A stretch of DNA of 64,000 nt from the NCBI GenBank assembly GCA_000091205.1, contig AP006486.2; one strand, 5' to 3'. The stretch's first letter is position 1, and each line of letters opens with the position of its first letter. Positions 42,801 to 54,148 of this stretch are shown in pieces. The notes beneath the pieces were generated by a model. The model saw only the letters and a list, made by a program, of their open reading frames with translations, was not told where the DNA came from and made no database searches. This stretch comes from Cyanidioschyzon merolae (taxonomy: Eukaryota). A program made the position numbers and the translations under genes.

Positions 42801-45220
42801 GAAGTGAGTTTCGCACTAAGTGACGAACCTTCTCACTCACTGCTCGACTACACAGTTTACCTGGTTAACTGCGAGCACGGCCCTGAACCGTGTCGTCAAG
42901 TCGTGAAAGTGTTTCGCTGCTTTGGAGCTGGCGAGCTAAACAGGGATCCATGGAAGAAGCGTCCGTTTCCCTGAAAATGACTTTTTTTCCGAGCTTCACA
43001 GATGCCACGAGCGACGGGAGGGGATGTCGAGCATCTCCCTGAGGCGCGCGTATCGAACGCGATTGCATATGCGTTGGCGCTCGTTTGCAAAACAATCCAC
43101 CGGCGGGCCAATGCATTTCAGTGCATTGTTTACGGGGTTGCTCGAGCGCGCGCAGATTTTGACAGTGGCAGCACGTGCGCGACGCGAAAGCGATGAATGA
43201 AACATGGATGATTATTTTCTCTGTAACGAATGCCATCTTGTGCCGCCAAGGTTTTTCTATGCACTGAAGTGCGTTCGTTTTTGAAAACATGTCGAAACAA
43301 AACGTCTTGGATGGCGATCTCGGAAATACTAAGAGCGAAAGCGGTCCGGACGCGTGTACAGCAGCCTTCCCCCTCGGTGCTCTAGCGGTTCTACGACTAA
43401 CGGAAATTGAGCAGTGCGCATATGACTGGGAAGGAAGTCTATGTGAAACTACAGAGAAAGGACCGGAAACAGAGGACCAGAAGGACACCATACAAACGCA
43501 GAGCCCGGGACAAAGATTTCTTCTGGGCTTTGGCTCGCCAGAGCACCGGGCCGAGCTACGAGCGCTGCTCGTGGCCGCACACGCTGGTTGTGACACGCGC
43601 ACAGTATCAGGTATTCTCTCGCCACCTAGAAGCGCTGACCTTGAAAAAGAAAAGAACTCGCTTCAGTAGTTACAGCTGGCGAAAGGAAAGCTGTCCGATG
43701 CTATACTCTGGGGTCGGGCGCTCGCCCTCTATTTTCCTCTCATTCGTATTTGTTTTCAAGTACAATTGTTTGCCGTCTATTTAGCTTCAAGAGCCGGAGT
43801 GCCAAGATTCGTATCCATTTCGCCATGTTCATGTTTGCTGGCATATGCCGTCACGGTTTGAGCAGAGGCGTACTTCGCCCCGTCGTGAACATACCTGAAG
43901 TAACGGACTAAGATATTTTCGTATAAGAACACTGCTGGCAGTCATCTATTTTGGCGATCATGACAGTGAAAGCGACTACCGTCATGCTGATGCTCGGAGG
44001 ATTCTAAGTTGCTGCCGTTCTTTGAAGTTTTCGCAAGCTATGGGCCAAAAGACTGACAAAGTCCACTTCGTACTCCGAGTTCCTTGACGACCTGTCCATG
44101 TACAGCAAGCTGGCAACGTGTACCATACGCTTACGGCTTTCAGCAATACGTAAACCAGAGGCCAAATAGAAACTTCGCAAACTCTTGAGCCCTTTGTGTC
44201 CGGCGCTGCTCAAGAGAGCTAAATCGGATGACTTTCCGCATGCTTCGATGCTGAGTCGCAAAGTCCTTCGCAGCCAATTGGAAGCCTACTCCAGAAGTTC
44301 AATGACTTCCGGGCTTCTATCCCTTGTTGCTCTTGCGTTCGATGCGCTGCACCTTAACTATGTTATAGTAGCATCGTGTTTCATGGATGCCATGCACATC
44401 TTTCTGCAGCAGAGTGTGCTCGCTGCTGCTTGTGCACTTATTCGCGTCGCCGATCAGCTGGGCGATCTGCCTTAATTTCTCTTCAATCGATGCGATTGCA
44501 GCGAAGAGGAAACAACGATCAGCAGACTGGTTTTCTCTCTTGGAAAGGCATATGTGCGCTGCACCCGCATCAGGTGTGAGCCCCAGCGAGGCGGCAATGA
44601 TGCACCCCAAAGAGATGGCATTCTGCGCTTTTCGGAACTCTTTCAGAGTGGCGTGCTGCACTTGAAAAAGATAATTTCCCACGGTGTTCATGACGAATCT
44701 TTTACCCGACTAAATGAATTTTTTTTATTTCTATAAAGTCGCGCTCTCAGAAATGCTGTACTCTTTGATGTGCAGAATCTGGGGCTGACCAGTAATTCCG
44801 CGATTGAGCTTGCTCGGAGAACTGGAGGTCAGGGAATTGAGCACGATACCGTTCCAGACACCACCAAGTAGAATGGAGCCTAGACAAGTCCTCTCGTGCC
44901 GAAACATGGTCAGAACGTTTCAGCGATCCATCAGATGCCATGTGTACTATCCCTGATGGCTCGCTCCATGCGCGGAAGTGGTCCTCGCCAGGTGGCCGAC
45001 GGCCAAACGCGGTTCCGGTCTCGCCATTAGAATATTTTGTACGCAATGCTTTGTTGACGTTCTCCTTGCCTTGTGCCGCGGCAACCGACATACTTCTGCA
45101 GGCGGAACTTTCATCTTTCGCGTGAGCAGTTATTGTCGTCTCGTTGTTTGGGAAATTCTCGATGGTAAGCTGCTCTCACTTCTCTCGCGTAGGGCCTCGT
45201 AACGGACTATCGTTGACCAC

Positions 45221-48067
45221 ATGTTCGGAAAGCCTCTTCCAGAGTGGCTAGCGGCAACGTACCCGCCAGAACCTGGAGCCTCGCTCTGTGACTCGAGAGC
45301 TTACTGGAGGTCTCACATTTTGAACTACTTTCAAAGTGTGGGATGCCCTTTGCAAGATTGGCATCTCGGTGACCGGCCTATCACGTCAGCTCGTTCGCTT
45401 CTCGACTGGATAGATGGAATTCGCGTAGGCCAGGATCCTCAGCACCGTGAGCGCTTGCGCTGGCGACCTGCTCTGAATACGCTGATGGAAGCTGATGTGC
45501 CAGTGTCAAGGTCTCAAGAGGAGCTACTCAGAACTGCTCTTGATCTTCTTCGCGGTGACGATCGGTACGTATTGATCCGAGGTCACTCGGACTCCCGCTA
45601 TGCTGGGCCGAACGCATCAGTTGCAAGACTTCTGGCTCCAGAATGGGTAGCGCTCACGCGTGCACTGGGCGACTGCGTCGCTCTCCGGCTGATCACCGAC
45701 TTCGTCTTGCTGGAAAGAGTTGGTCCCTCCTGTTACATACAACTGAGCGGACGGGTCGGACTAGAAAGGCTCTCTGCGAAGTCAGCGAAAGCACCCCAGA
45801 CTCATCGTGAAATCCCATGCGATATGCGCGGCGCTAGTCACAGACTGCATATCAACGCAGATCCGCATAGAACTGAATGTCCAACGAAAGCACGCATTGA
45901 AACATCCAAGGCACATGCTCTCCCGATTTCGACGAAAAGCATCGCGCTCGGCCCCTACGGCATAACGACAAGGAACCCGTATCTTGCCATGCATCCCTCA
46001 AAATCTAACGCCAAACGTTTGCTTGCGCTCGCTGCGGCAGGGCTGTGCTCACGCGAAGAGTATCATGGAGGGGTGTGTCTCCCTCTTCGCTGCTCCTCCT
46101 GTATTCGTTTCCTTGACGCTTTTCGCTGCATACTGGTGCGAGCGTGGGATATTCCTCTGAAGGGAATGCTCAACCATTACTGCCCATCGAAAGCAACCAC
46201 TGTGGACCAGTCTCAACCAGTTATGAAAAAATATGCCTCTTCACGCCGCTCTGTTTTCCATTTCCTCTTTGCGATATTCAGATCGATTGTTCCCACTTGT
46301 GTGTTTGAGTCCTTTACATTTGAAATCTGGGTACGGAAGGCGATATCCTCCTTCCTTCTGAGCAAAATATCTTCCACGCCTTACGATGTACGACTTCATG
46401 TCGCTCAGCTGATGGAAACGGTACAATTTCAGCAGCATCAGCCTATGTCTTTTGGCGACGCTGGAGTATGCCGCAACCATCCGCTGCACATTCAGCATAT
46501 TTTCAGCTTTCTTTTCAACGCCATCGTCATACACGTCTTCGATGAATGTTTTGTTCTCAGCGCAGCCGATCGCGCTGAGATGCGGAGATTGATATTACGT
46601 CGAGACTCGCTCTTCGTTTTCCGCACGCAAGCCATTGCTCACCTTGTACGCAGTGGCGACTTTGAACGCATGCGGAAGAATCTCGGTAAGCGAACTGGTC
46701 ACTGGACAAGTGTTCGTATTTTGCCGAAAGCGAACAGCTTTCGACTTGTTCAAAAAATGAGCCCTGACACACAGGGGAAGGAGACAACCCTAATACACGC
46801 TGTTTGCCTGTACGAGCGCTTGTCTCGACCTGAGGCGTTCGGCGCGAGCATTCGTTCTCTAACTGAAATGCACCAGCGTTGGGCCGCCTTCGTCCAGAGA
46901 TGGCGACGGTTTGGGCGACCGCCTCTTTTTGCACTATGCTTCGATATCCGCCAGGCTTTCGATTCTATACCTTTGAAGCGTTTTCTCTGGCGAGAGCTTT
47001 CGGATTTCTTTCACTCAGAGGCCTACGCGCTTCGAAGGTTCATTGTCACAGACAAACAATTTCGATTTCCACAACGAAAGTGGTTTGCCTGCCCTATTGC
47101 TGATGTCACTAGAGGTTACGACGCTTTTGCTCTGCAGTACTTGCAGTCAGCCCGCAGCAAAATTATTGCCGACGAGGGCGTGATTTGTTCGCTGCATACC
47201 GCCGATATCATTTCGCATTTACGTCGAATTATCGGAAGCAATCAAGTTCATTTTGGCGATCATTCTTCAGCGTTAATCCAGCGCCGGGGCATTCCCCAAG
47301 GTTTACCAATATCGAGCATCCTATGCGATTTTCACCTCGGATGCTTTGAGCGAAAATGTCTGAAGGATTTCCTTCGCGTTAATAGTACAAAGGATCCGCC
47401 TTCCTTATTGATGCGTTACGTAGATGATGTGTTTTTCGTAACGAGTGAAGTTTCCATCTTCCGTGCGTTTTGCAACAGGGTTCAGCAGTGCTCAAAAGCG
47501 CTTGGCGTGATGCCATCTCCCGGGAAGACTCGAAAATGCGTCGCAGGCGGTAGGAAACCCCGTATCGAATGGTGTGGCATGATTTTCGATCTGCAGAGTG
47601 CCCAAGTTCTACTACGGATGCCGCGGTCTATCCCATCGGAGGCACCGGACGCTGCTGTCTTTTTCTCGAAATGCAAAACCGCAAGCCATCCTCGAATCCT
47701 CCGACGGTTTATTTCCATTTTCGCCTCCCAGATGCAGTCAGTATTCCTTGATCTCTCCATTAACGGCCCTGAAACTGTGAAACGGAATATCTGCACTGCA
47801 TTACGCCTAGCCCTTAACCGCATCGGTGAGGATGATCTGAGAAGTTCGCTGCGAGAGAAACCAGCTCAACGCATCCTGTTGCGATGGCTACGTCAAACGA
47901 CCATGAATCGATGCTGCCGCTGGGAGCCGTTGTCGGAACAAACGCCACAAACGTACCGCAGTGAACTGAACCGAATCCTCTGCGAAGGATTTAGGATAAT
48001 CTTACACAAATGCATTCACAACGAAGATTGTTTTCAAGGCTGTCGTGCTGCTTCAAGCTGTGCGTGA
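45221..48067 (+). CDS. TERT: Telomerase reverse transcriptase (TERT), 948 aa in a single exon.
   Basis: RT motifs match TERT: motif 1/2 VRILPKANSFRLV (human RFIPKPDGLRPI), motif A LFALCFDIRQAFDSIP (hhDVTGAYDTIP), motif B' RGIPQGLPISSILCDFHLGCFE ([22 protein letters not shown]), motif C LLMRYVDDVFFVTS (LLLRLVDDFLLVT) and motif E IEWCGMIFDL. The upstream T/CP-like region and the N-terminal extension are consistent with a TEN/TRBD region. ATG at 45221. Confidence 0.85.
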   Translation: MFGKPLPEWLAATYPPEPGASLCDSRAYWRSHILNYFQSVGCPLQDWHLGDRPITSARSLLDWIDGIRVGQDPQHRERLRWRPALNTLMEADVPVSRSQEELLRTALDLLRGDDRYVLIRGHSDSRYAGPNASVARLLAPEWVALTRALGDCVALRLITDFVLLERVGPSCYIQLSGRVGLERLSAKSAKAPQTHREIPCDMRGASHRLHINADPHRTECPTKARIETSKAHALPISTKSIALGPYGITTRNPYLAMHPSKSNAKRLLALAAAGLCSREEYHGGVCLPLRCSSCIRFLDAFRCILVRAWDIPLKGMLNHYCPSKATTVDQSQPVMKKYASSRRSVFHFLFAIFRSIVPTCVFESFTFEIWVRKAISSFLLSKISSTPYDVRLHVAQLMETVQFQQHQPMSFGDAGVCRNHPLHIQHIFSFLFNAIVIHVFDECFVLSAADRAEMRRLILRRDSLFVFRTQAIAHLVRSGDFERMRKNLGKRTGHWTSVRILPKANSFRLVQKMSPDTQGKETTLIHAVCLYERLSRPEAFGASIRSLTEMHQRWAAFVQRWRRFGRPPLFALCFDIRQAFDSIPLKRFLWRELSDFFHSEAYALRRFIVTDKQFRFPQRKWFACPIADVTRGYDAFALQYLQSARSKIIADEGVICSLHTADIISHLRRIIGSNQVHFGDHSSALIQRRGIPQGLPISSILCDFHLGCFERKCLKDFLRVNSTKDPPSLLMRYVDDVFFVTSEVSIFRAFCNRVQQCSKALGVMPSPGKTRKCVAGGRKPRIEWCGMIFDLQSAQVLLRMPRSIPSEAPDAAVFFSKCKTASHPRILRRFISIFASQMQSVFLDLSINGPETVKRNICTALRLALNRIGEDDLRSSLREKPAQRILLRWLRQTTMNRCCRWEPLSEQTPQTYRSELNRILCEGFRIILHKCIHNEDCFQGCRAASSCA

Positions 48068-49207
48068 ATCACTCAGTCGCTCGGAGAGTGGTCACGCGTC
48101 TAGAGTCGTGCCTCCGTACGAGAACCGACGATGCGTTTCAGCCACGCTTAGCGTGGGGTTATATGAGGATGCGTCAGGATTAGTCCAGTGAGTCTGGCGA
48201 GGCCCCAATTTCATGGGACATTCCGTTTCTCTCCAACGCGTTCCAGCGCCTTAGACCGCGCGATAGATATTCCTGTGGTTCTCTGGTTGGATCATTGATG
48301 CGTCGTTGAGCCGAGCACGATGAAACGCTTCTAGGTGACGCTTATAAACATGGCGTATCTCGAACATATATACCATTTAGCGAATCGTGCTGCGAAGAAT
48401 CGAGGCAATATGAGATGGATCTTGTGCAGGCTCACCATTCAAAGAAGAATTCAATGCAATACACATAGGGCGCCAGCGTTTTCTTTACAAATATGACAAA
48501 GGAGCTTCCAGTTCATCTCGGCATCTTATGCCTAGCCAGAGACTCGGGAAACTATTCTCCGGAAGACACATTTGCACAAGGTTTGCAGAATTGCACTGGA
48601 GACAGAGGCTCTTTCTCTCGTTTTCCTGAATACCATAATGCGGACTTGCAGGTCTGGTTCATCCGGAATAAACTCGGAAACAGGACGGATCCCAAAGTCT
48701 GTTTCTTCCGTACGAACTTGAGCATGCATTGGCAGTAAATGGGCGGAAGAACTCAACGTCAAGTGTAGCTGAGGAACGCAAGTGCGTTCAGTTCTGATAT
48801 TCTAAGCCCGCTGCATGAGACCAGATGCAGTCGGCGAAGCTCTTATTGACGGTTTCCACAAAGGCGAGAGCCGCCCCCTTTGTGATAGTGCTTCGTATAA
48901 TAGCATTTCTGACCACGGATGCACCTTACACACAGGTGCCACAAATCTGCAGTCTGGCAGCGACTACGCCGTTCTCTGAAGGCCGCTTCCACGCCCTACA
49001 ATGCTCAAGGCATTTTTCACGATAGGAATAGAAGTTAGATTGATTCAGCGTTAGAGATTGCACTGCTGCCGAGCGCACCGCACATCCCCTTGGTGCAGCA
49101 CTGGAGGCTGTGGCAGCAGCAGCTACGACACTGGCACCATACGAAGGCAGCCTTGCTTGGCGTTGCATTTGCAAGCGTCCCTTCGAGACCTGCGTCCGTT
49201 ATACTCT

Positions 49208-51610
49208 GAGCAGTGAATCCCGGAACAAGTGCATCAGCTCGCACTTTCCTTCTTGTTCCATTTGTCACAAGTACTCATCAAAAGAAATGTATATTTTAGA
49301 TCGGAGAAAGGTCCCGAAAACATTAGATTTCGTCACTGCTAGCTTCCCCGGAAAACGAGCTTGCTTCTTCCAGCCTGTTATTCGTCGGTCAGCAGGCGGA
49401 TACATCCCCGCCCTTCACGTATTGCTTATCCTGAACGTTGTGCTTCCACAACAGAACTTATCAAACCCGCTGGACGCGACGGTCGCCTCGTCAATCCGTT
49501 CCTCCCCATACGTTCTCGGTGAGATACCACCAAAGAAGTCACAGCATGCGCAGTTTCCCCATCGGTGATACAGGCGGAGAAAAATACGCCCGGATGCAAG
49601 AGCAAAACGAACATGCTTCTTCGGGAGACCGTCGCGCATTGAATGAAGCACCCCTCGTTTCGCACTGGAGCGCGAAGGCCTCGCACTCGACGGATGTTCG
49701 TCTCGATATCCTGAACCTTATGCCCGACAAATGGTAGACATGTGCACGGCGACTCGAGCAGGGTCAAACCGCTGTTCGTGCAGCAGAGACAAGAGAGCAT
49801 GATGACAATATCGGCCCTAGCGACGGTGCTATCCTGTGGTCGCCTACGTATCGCGATTCGGACAGGATTGGTCAACGCCTTAGCCTTCGTCGAGGAACGC
49901 TTCGCGGCTTCTCCTCCACCATGTCATTCTATGCTGTTCTTCGTAGACTTCGCTTTCCGTGTCTTAGACGCTGTCAAAGAGTACGCAGGTGGAACTAGCG
50001 CTGAGCCGCCCTTCACGTCAGACTATTCTTCCTGGTTCAATGCGTCGAATGCATCTTGTCTGTTATCAGACACCATCTCTGTGCTCACTCACCTATAGAC
50101 GAGTCATTCGCATCCGTAAAATTATTCTTCAACGAGTACGTCTTCGAGAACAGGTCCTGTACTTTCACTGGGCCTGAATTGCTGCGTTCCTCCTGCGCTC
50201 TTTCTGCTGAGGGAGCGCAGAGGCGCGCTCCGTGCCGCGAGCGTACTCGCCACGGAGAAGTCTGTAATGAGGCACTTGAGCAATCGTGGTTGCTTGCGTA
50301 CACAGAAAAGCACGAATGTCAGCGCCGTCGTCCGCACCGTGTGCCTGAGTCCCAGGAAAAAAGGATTTGGATTATAGCGACAACATCCACACTACTCCGC
50401 CAGCGAGACGACGGGGCGACGGAGAAAGACAGGAAAATGCCGGACAAACAGGAAGTGAATGATCCTCCCAGAAAGAGGACGAAGAAGAACCAGAAGGGAA
50501 AGCGGCCGGGGCAGACATATCAGCGAGAAACAGTTGCCGAAGCCTCTCTACGGAAACACATCAATGGGGGCAAGCCTCCAAGATGTGGGGTTCAGGACAC
50601 CATTCGGGATTTCGAGGCTTCTCACTCGAGGAAGTCTCCACGGGCTTCTCTCGCCGAGGCGCCCGTCGTCAAACACATGTTCGCGTGAGTGCTGGACGCA
50701 GAGCTCCCCGCGCTCCAGGCTCCTCTGGATTTTGCCAAGTAAATCTTCGACCGGCAACGCAGCTGATGCTCGCGACGGTGGATGCAGCACGGCCTGATCG
50801 AAGAATCAGGGACTTGTATGAATGCCTCTGAGCGTACGATGACTCGTCGGCGCGCCGCGTCGGCAACAGGAACGTCTACAACGCAGGTGCCACAGATGAA
50901 ATGAACCACCAAAAATTCAAGTTCCTTGGCGGGTCATTGTTGAGCACCTCACCGGGCATACCCAGTCAGCGTTGTACGCTTGTGCACTCACACCAGTGGT
51001 CCGGAGCGTGAGCACTGATGGAAGGGGTTCATAGGGGTGCCCATGGAGGCAAGTGACGAGCTGGAGGCTACGGAGGAGCGCGAGATGGCAGCGAGTTTCG
51101 AGAAGATGCCGCAGCAAGAGCGGTGGGCGCTTCAGATCGTTCAAGTTTATGGTGCTGCTGAGGGCTATTGGACCGCCGAACGTCGTTCCTGAGTATGTTT
51201 GAAGCGCGACGCCTGCCATGCTTGCATGTTGCGCTACTTCGGTTTCCTGAACAAAACCTCCACTGTAGAGCACCCTCCCTGGCCGAGTCCGAACTCCCTG
51301 GCCTACTCAAGCGCTTCTTGGACGCGGTCCATGCACGCGACTTCTAGGGCCACGATATTACTGTACTGTACTGCACTGCAGTGTACTGGACTGCACTGGA
51401 CTGCACTGCACTGTACTGCACTGTACTGTACTGCTCTGTACTGCACTGCTCTGTACTGCACTGCACTGTACTGCTCTGTACTCCTCTGTACTGCACTGCA
51501 GTGTACTGGACTGGACTGGACTGCACTGCACTGGACTGCACTGTGCTGTGCTGTGCTGTGCTGTGCTGTGCTGTGCTGTGCTGTGCTGTGCTGTGCTGTG
51601 CTGCACTTGA
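49208..51610. repeat. Dispersed repeat family B, copy 1 (at least 2.4 kb), apparently non-coding. Its 3' part is a pentamer minisatellite.
   Basis: It is about 97-98% identical to 61773..64000 in the same orientation (constant offset 12565 until the minisatellite). The ORF-track translations are duplicated at 49742/62307, 50056/62621, 49426/61991 and so on. Copy 2 is cut by the window end, so the true 3' boundary of the family is unknown. Confidence 0.9.
51354..51608. repeat. Minisatellite of degenerate (T/C/G)ACTG pentamers, about 38 units, followed by about 12 perfect CTGTG units.
   Basis: Direct reading gives tactg tactg tactg cactg cagtg tactg gactg ... then ctgtg repeated 12 times across 51541..51602. 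It generates long spurious ORFs on both strands (51199..51870 +, 51344..51616 -). Confidence 0.95.
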
Positions 51611-53341
51611 CCGCACTGCCCCGTCCTATCCTATACTGTACTACCTGCTCAATGAGCTACAACTGGTCTTTGCGAGCACATATGAAGCACTCGAGCATCT
51701 TTACGAAGAGCATTGGCGGGGGCCGTTCAAGGTTGTTTCTTGACGCAGAGTCCAAGGAAGGAACTGGACAGGTGCAGTGCAGACCGACGGAATATCCCTC
51801 TGGTTGCACTCTGTTCAGTCGATACCCGAGTCCCGCAAAGAGGCTCGTTTCAATCGCTCATCGTCGATGAAATCTAAAATTTCGCGGCGGGTGTAGGTCC
51901 CGGGTTGCAGGACGTCATAGCTGTCGCCGTGCTCCCAGGTCAGGACGACGAAGCCAAGGGCCTGAACTGAAAGCAGCTGGAGAAGCTAAATGTTTCCAGA
52001 GCTCCGTCTTATTGAGGGTCGCGCATGACAGGTGTCAGAAGGCATACCGACAGATGGAATGGACGCGGCAGGACCCAGATAGACGCCCTGAATACCGTGC
52101 GGAGCAGAGGTGGTCCTTCGAACGCTTCAGCCGAAGATTGCGTGAGCGTCTGAATGGCTCGTGCGGAAGGCGTCTCTGGCAGGCGTACCCGAGGCCGCGC
52201 TGAGGTCGCCAACTTTTTCGGTTGCACGGAGACAAGAAACGTCCATTGACCGTCCACTTCCATATATTGGAGAAGGAAATGACCGACAAGTCGCTTCGTT
52301 CGAAGGCAGCGTAGGGTTCTTGATGTGTTGCGGCGTGCAGTGGCTCCACTCTTGCTCGTCGAATGCGAGCGCACGACAAGTGCAGGAATCGACTCTTCAG
52401 GAATCCCATCGGTGAGTTCGGGACGACAAACACTCCTTGCGGACACGGGTGTGCGCTGAAACCGATTGAGAAGAAGCGAGTGAAGCGCAGACAGCTGTAT
52501 GAGATGGTGTACGGCAGGGTGACCAAACCTCAGATACCGGTGCATTCGAAGGCGAGCGGCTTTGTATAGTGCGATTCTACCAGCAAGCTTGTGCGCAGGC
52601 GCTTTCTGCAGCGAGACTTGAACGTCCCGCTCAACGTTCGGAAATGTCACGTGCCTCCGGAGCGCTCAGCGGCTTTGCATCGAGCGGGTTGTCGGGGAAG
52701 AATCGTTCGCTTCTCAGCGTAGGCATTGTGCTGGAGCGCTGAGGACTCCCGATGCAGAACAAATCAGTAGCCGGGATCGAGGATCGTGGATTTCCGCCTG
52801 GAGCAAGACACTGGTATGGAACGGTGTATCAGTTCGGAATAGGCTGGAGTGCCGCTTATCTAGATCGGGAAAGACTTTCGTAGGCAACTGATGAGTGATT
52901 ATGGTGTAGGATTACTCAATAAGATGGGCAAAGTTGAGCGAGCCCTGTCGTCAACGCCGTGCCTGCGTTAGCGACGGCTTTCGCAGCTGTATGCCAGGCT
53001 TCCTGACACCAGCGGATTCGGCGAACGAAAATATTTCGAAGTTCAAAAAATTCCTGACGACCTCGATTATTCTGAGATGTACATAGACGAAATTCGTGGA
53101 TTCCTGACAACGCATCTGGCTCGAGAATTGTACGCACCACAGACTGGATCCTAATCGCAGATCTGTTCATTCCTGTGGAAGAGATAAATGCGGGTCGTTC
53201 GCTCGTCGACCTTGACACCTCTAAATCGCAACATCATCCGTTGTTCATCGATGTGGAGGAGCCTCAAAGCAACAGCTCAGCTAGTGTCTCGCAAAATGCG
53301 ACTCGTGCGAGCCTGCTGAGCGCAAATCCTCAGAGAGGCTT

Positions 53342-54148
53342 TCACGAACTTTTGTTAGATTGTCGCTCCGAGCATCGCATTCGTCGAGCAACTGCTGCAA
53401 CAAATGGAAGCAGAATCTTCCCAGTAAGGTCATCGATCAAAAGGATATTGTACAGGGCCGAGGCCGCCCAGACGACTTTTCGAAGGCCTGCTCCAGGTGG
53501 CGAGGCCGGTTGCCCTCGTTTGCATGATAGTTCGTGCCAGAGGATGATTCTTCGCACGACCTCCACTCTTGCAGGTGGTACACATATCAGGGTAAATACA
53601 GACGGCGGAGAATCATTGGCTCCCTCCACAACAAGCTGATAAACGAAGCAGTCCGCTTCGAGGTGCTCTTTGGACTGAGACACCAGAGATAGACCGTCGA
53701 GAATCGAGTTGAGCTCTACTGCACCAGTTTCCCGCTGCAATAGATTCATTGAACGTTTCATGGTTTCTGCAATGAGATCCTTTTGAATAGGCGTGTCGCT
53801 ATCGGTGTTGTAGAGTGCGACAGCAACAAAGTCGACAACCAAAGGACCAAAGTTCGGAAACTGCGAGAGCATATAGTCCAGGATAACGCGCTCTGCCCAT
53901 GACGAGCGACCTTTCGCTCCAAACACTAGAGCGCATACCGTCGCCTGCGGGGAAGTGGACTGTCCGAAGTGGGGAAAGACCTTCTCCGACAAAAAACCAT
54001 AGATTCCTTCTGTTGCTGGTGCAGCCGCTACAGATACCCCTTGCGACAAGGGCAGACCCAAAAGACTGGAACCTGATAGGTCTCCACGGCTTGAACTGGT
54101 ACCCGGCTCCCAAAACGAACTTGGTTCTGTAACTATGAGAGTTTCCAT
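53342..54148 (-). CDS. Hypothetical protein (268 aa), no recognisable family.
   Basis: The ATG-initiated ORF has a non-repetitive sequence with mixed hydrophobic and charged composition. An alternative overlapping ORF (53799..54242) looks less protein-like. Confidence 0.35.
   Translation of the reverse strand: METLIVTEPSSFWEPGTSSSRGDLSGSSLLGLPLSQGVSVAAAPATEGIYGFLSEKVFPHFGQSTSPQATVCALVFGAKGRSSWAERVILDYMLSQFPNFGPLVVDFVAVALYNTDSDTPIQKDLIAETMKRSMNLLQRETGAVELNSILDGLSLVSQSKEHLEADCFVYQLVVEGANDSPPSVFTLICVPPARVEVVRRIILWHELSCKRGQPASPPGAGLRKVVWAASALYNILLIDDLTGKILLPFVAAVARRMRCSERQSNKSS

Noticed and set aside
42865-43602. 245-aa minus-strand ORF in the gene-free interval upstream of TERT
   Set aside because: It is Ser/Arg/Cys/Ala-rich and low in complexity, matches no family, and lies in a region with a compositional shift. 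More likely non-coding.
51199-51870. Long ORFs on both strands across 51199..51870, encoding repetitive CTALY/STAQH-type peptides
   Set aside because: They are produced entirely by the 5-nt-periodic minisatellite: the (NACTG)n-(CTGTG)n array is open in several frames. Nothing resembling protein sequence lies outside the array.
52009-52650. 213-aa minus-strand ORF, overlapped by a 163-aa ORF, between repeat B copy 1 and the 53342 ORF
   Set aside because: Two overlapping minus-strand ORFs (52009..52650 and 52035..52526) and the antisense plus-strand ORFs (52161..52415 and 52363..52569) are all open here. The composition is Arg-rich and I see no motif. I treat it as non-coding unless expression data say otherwise.
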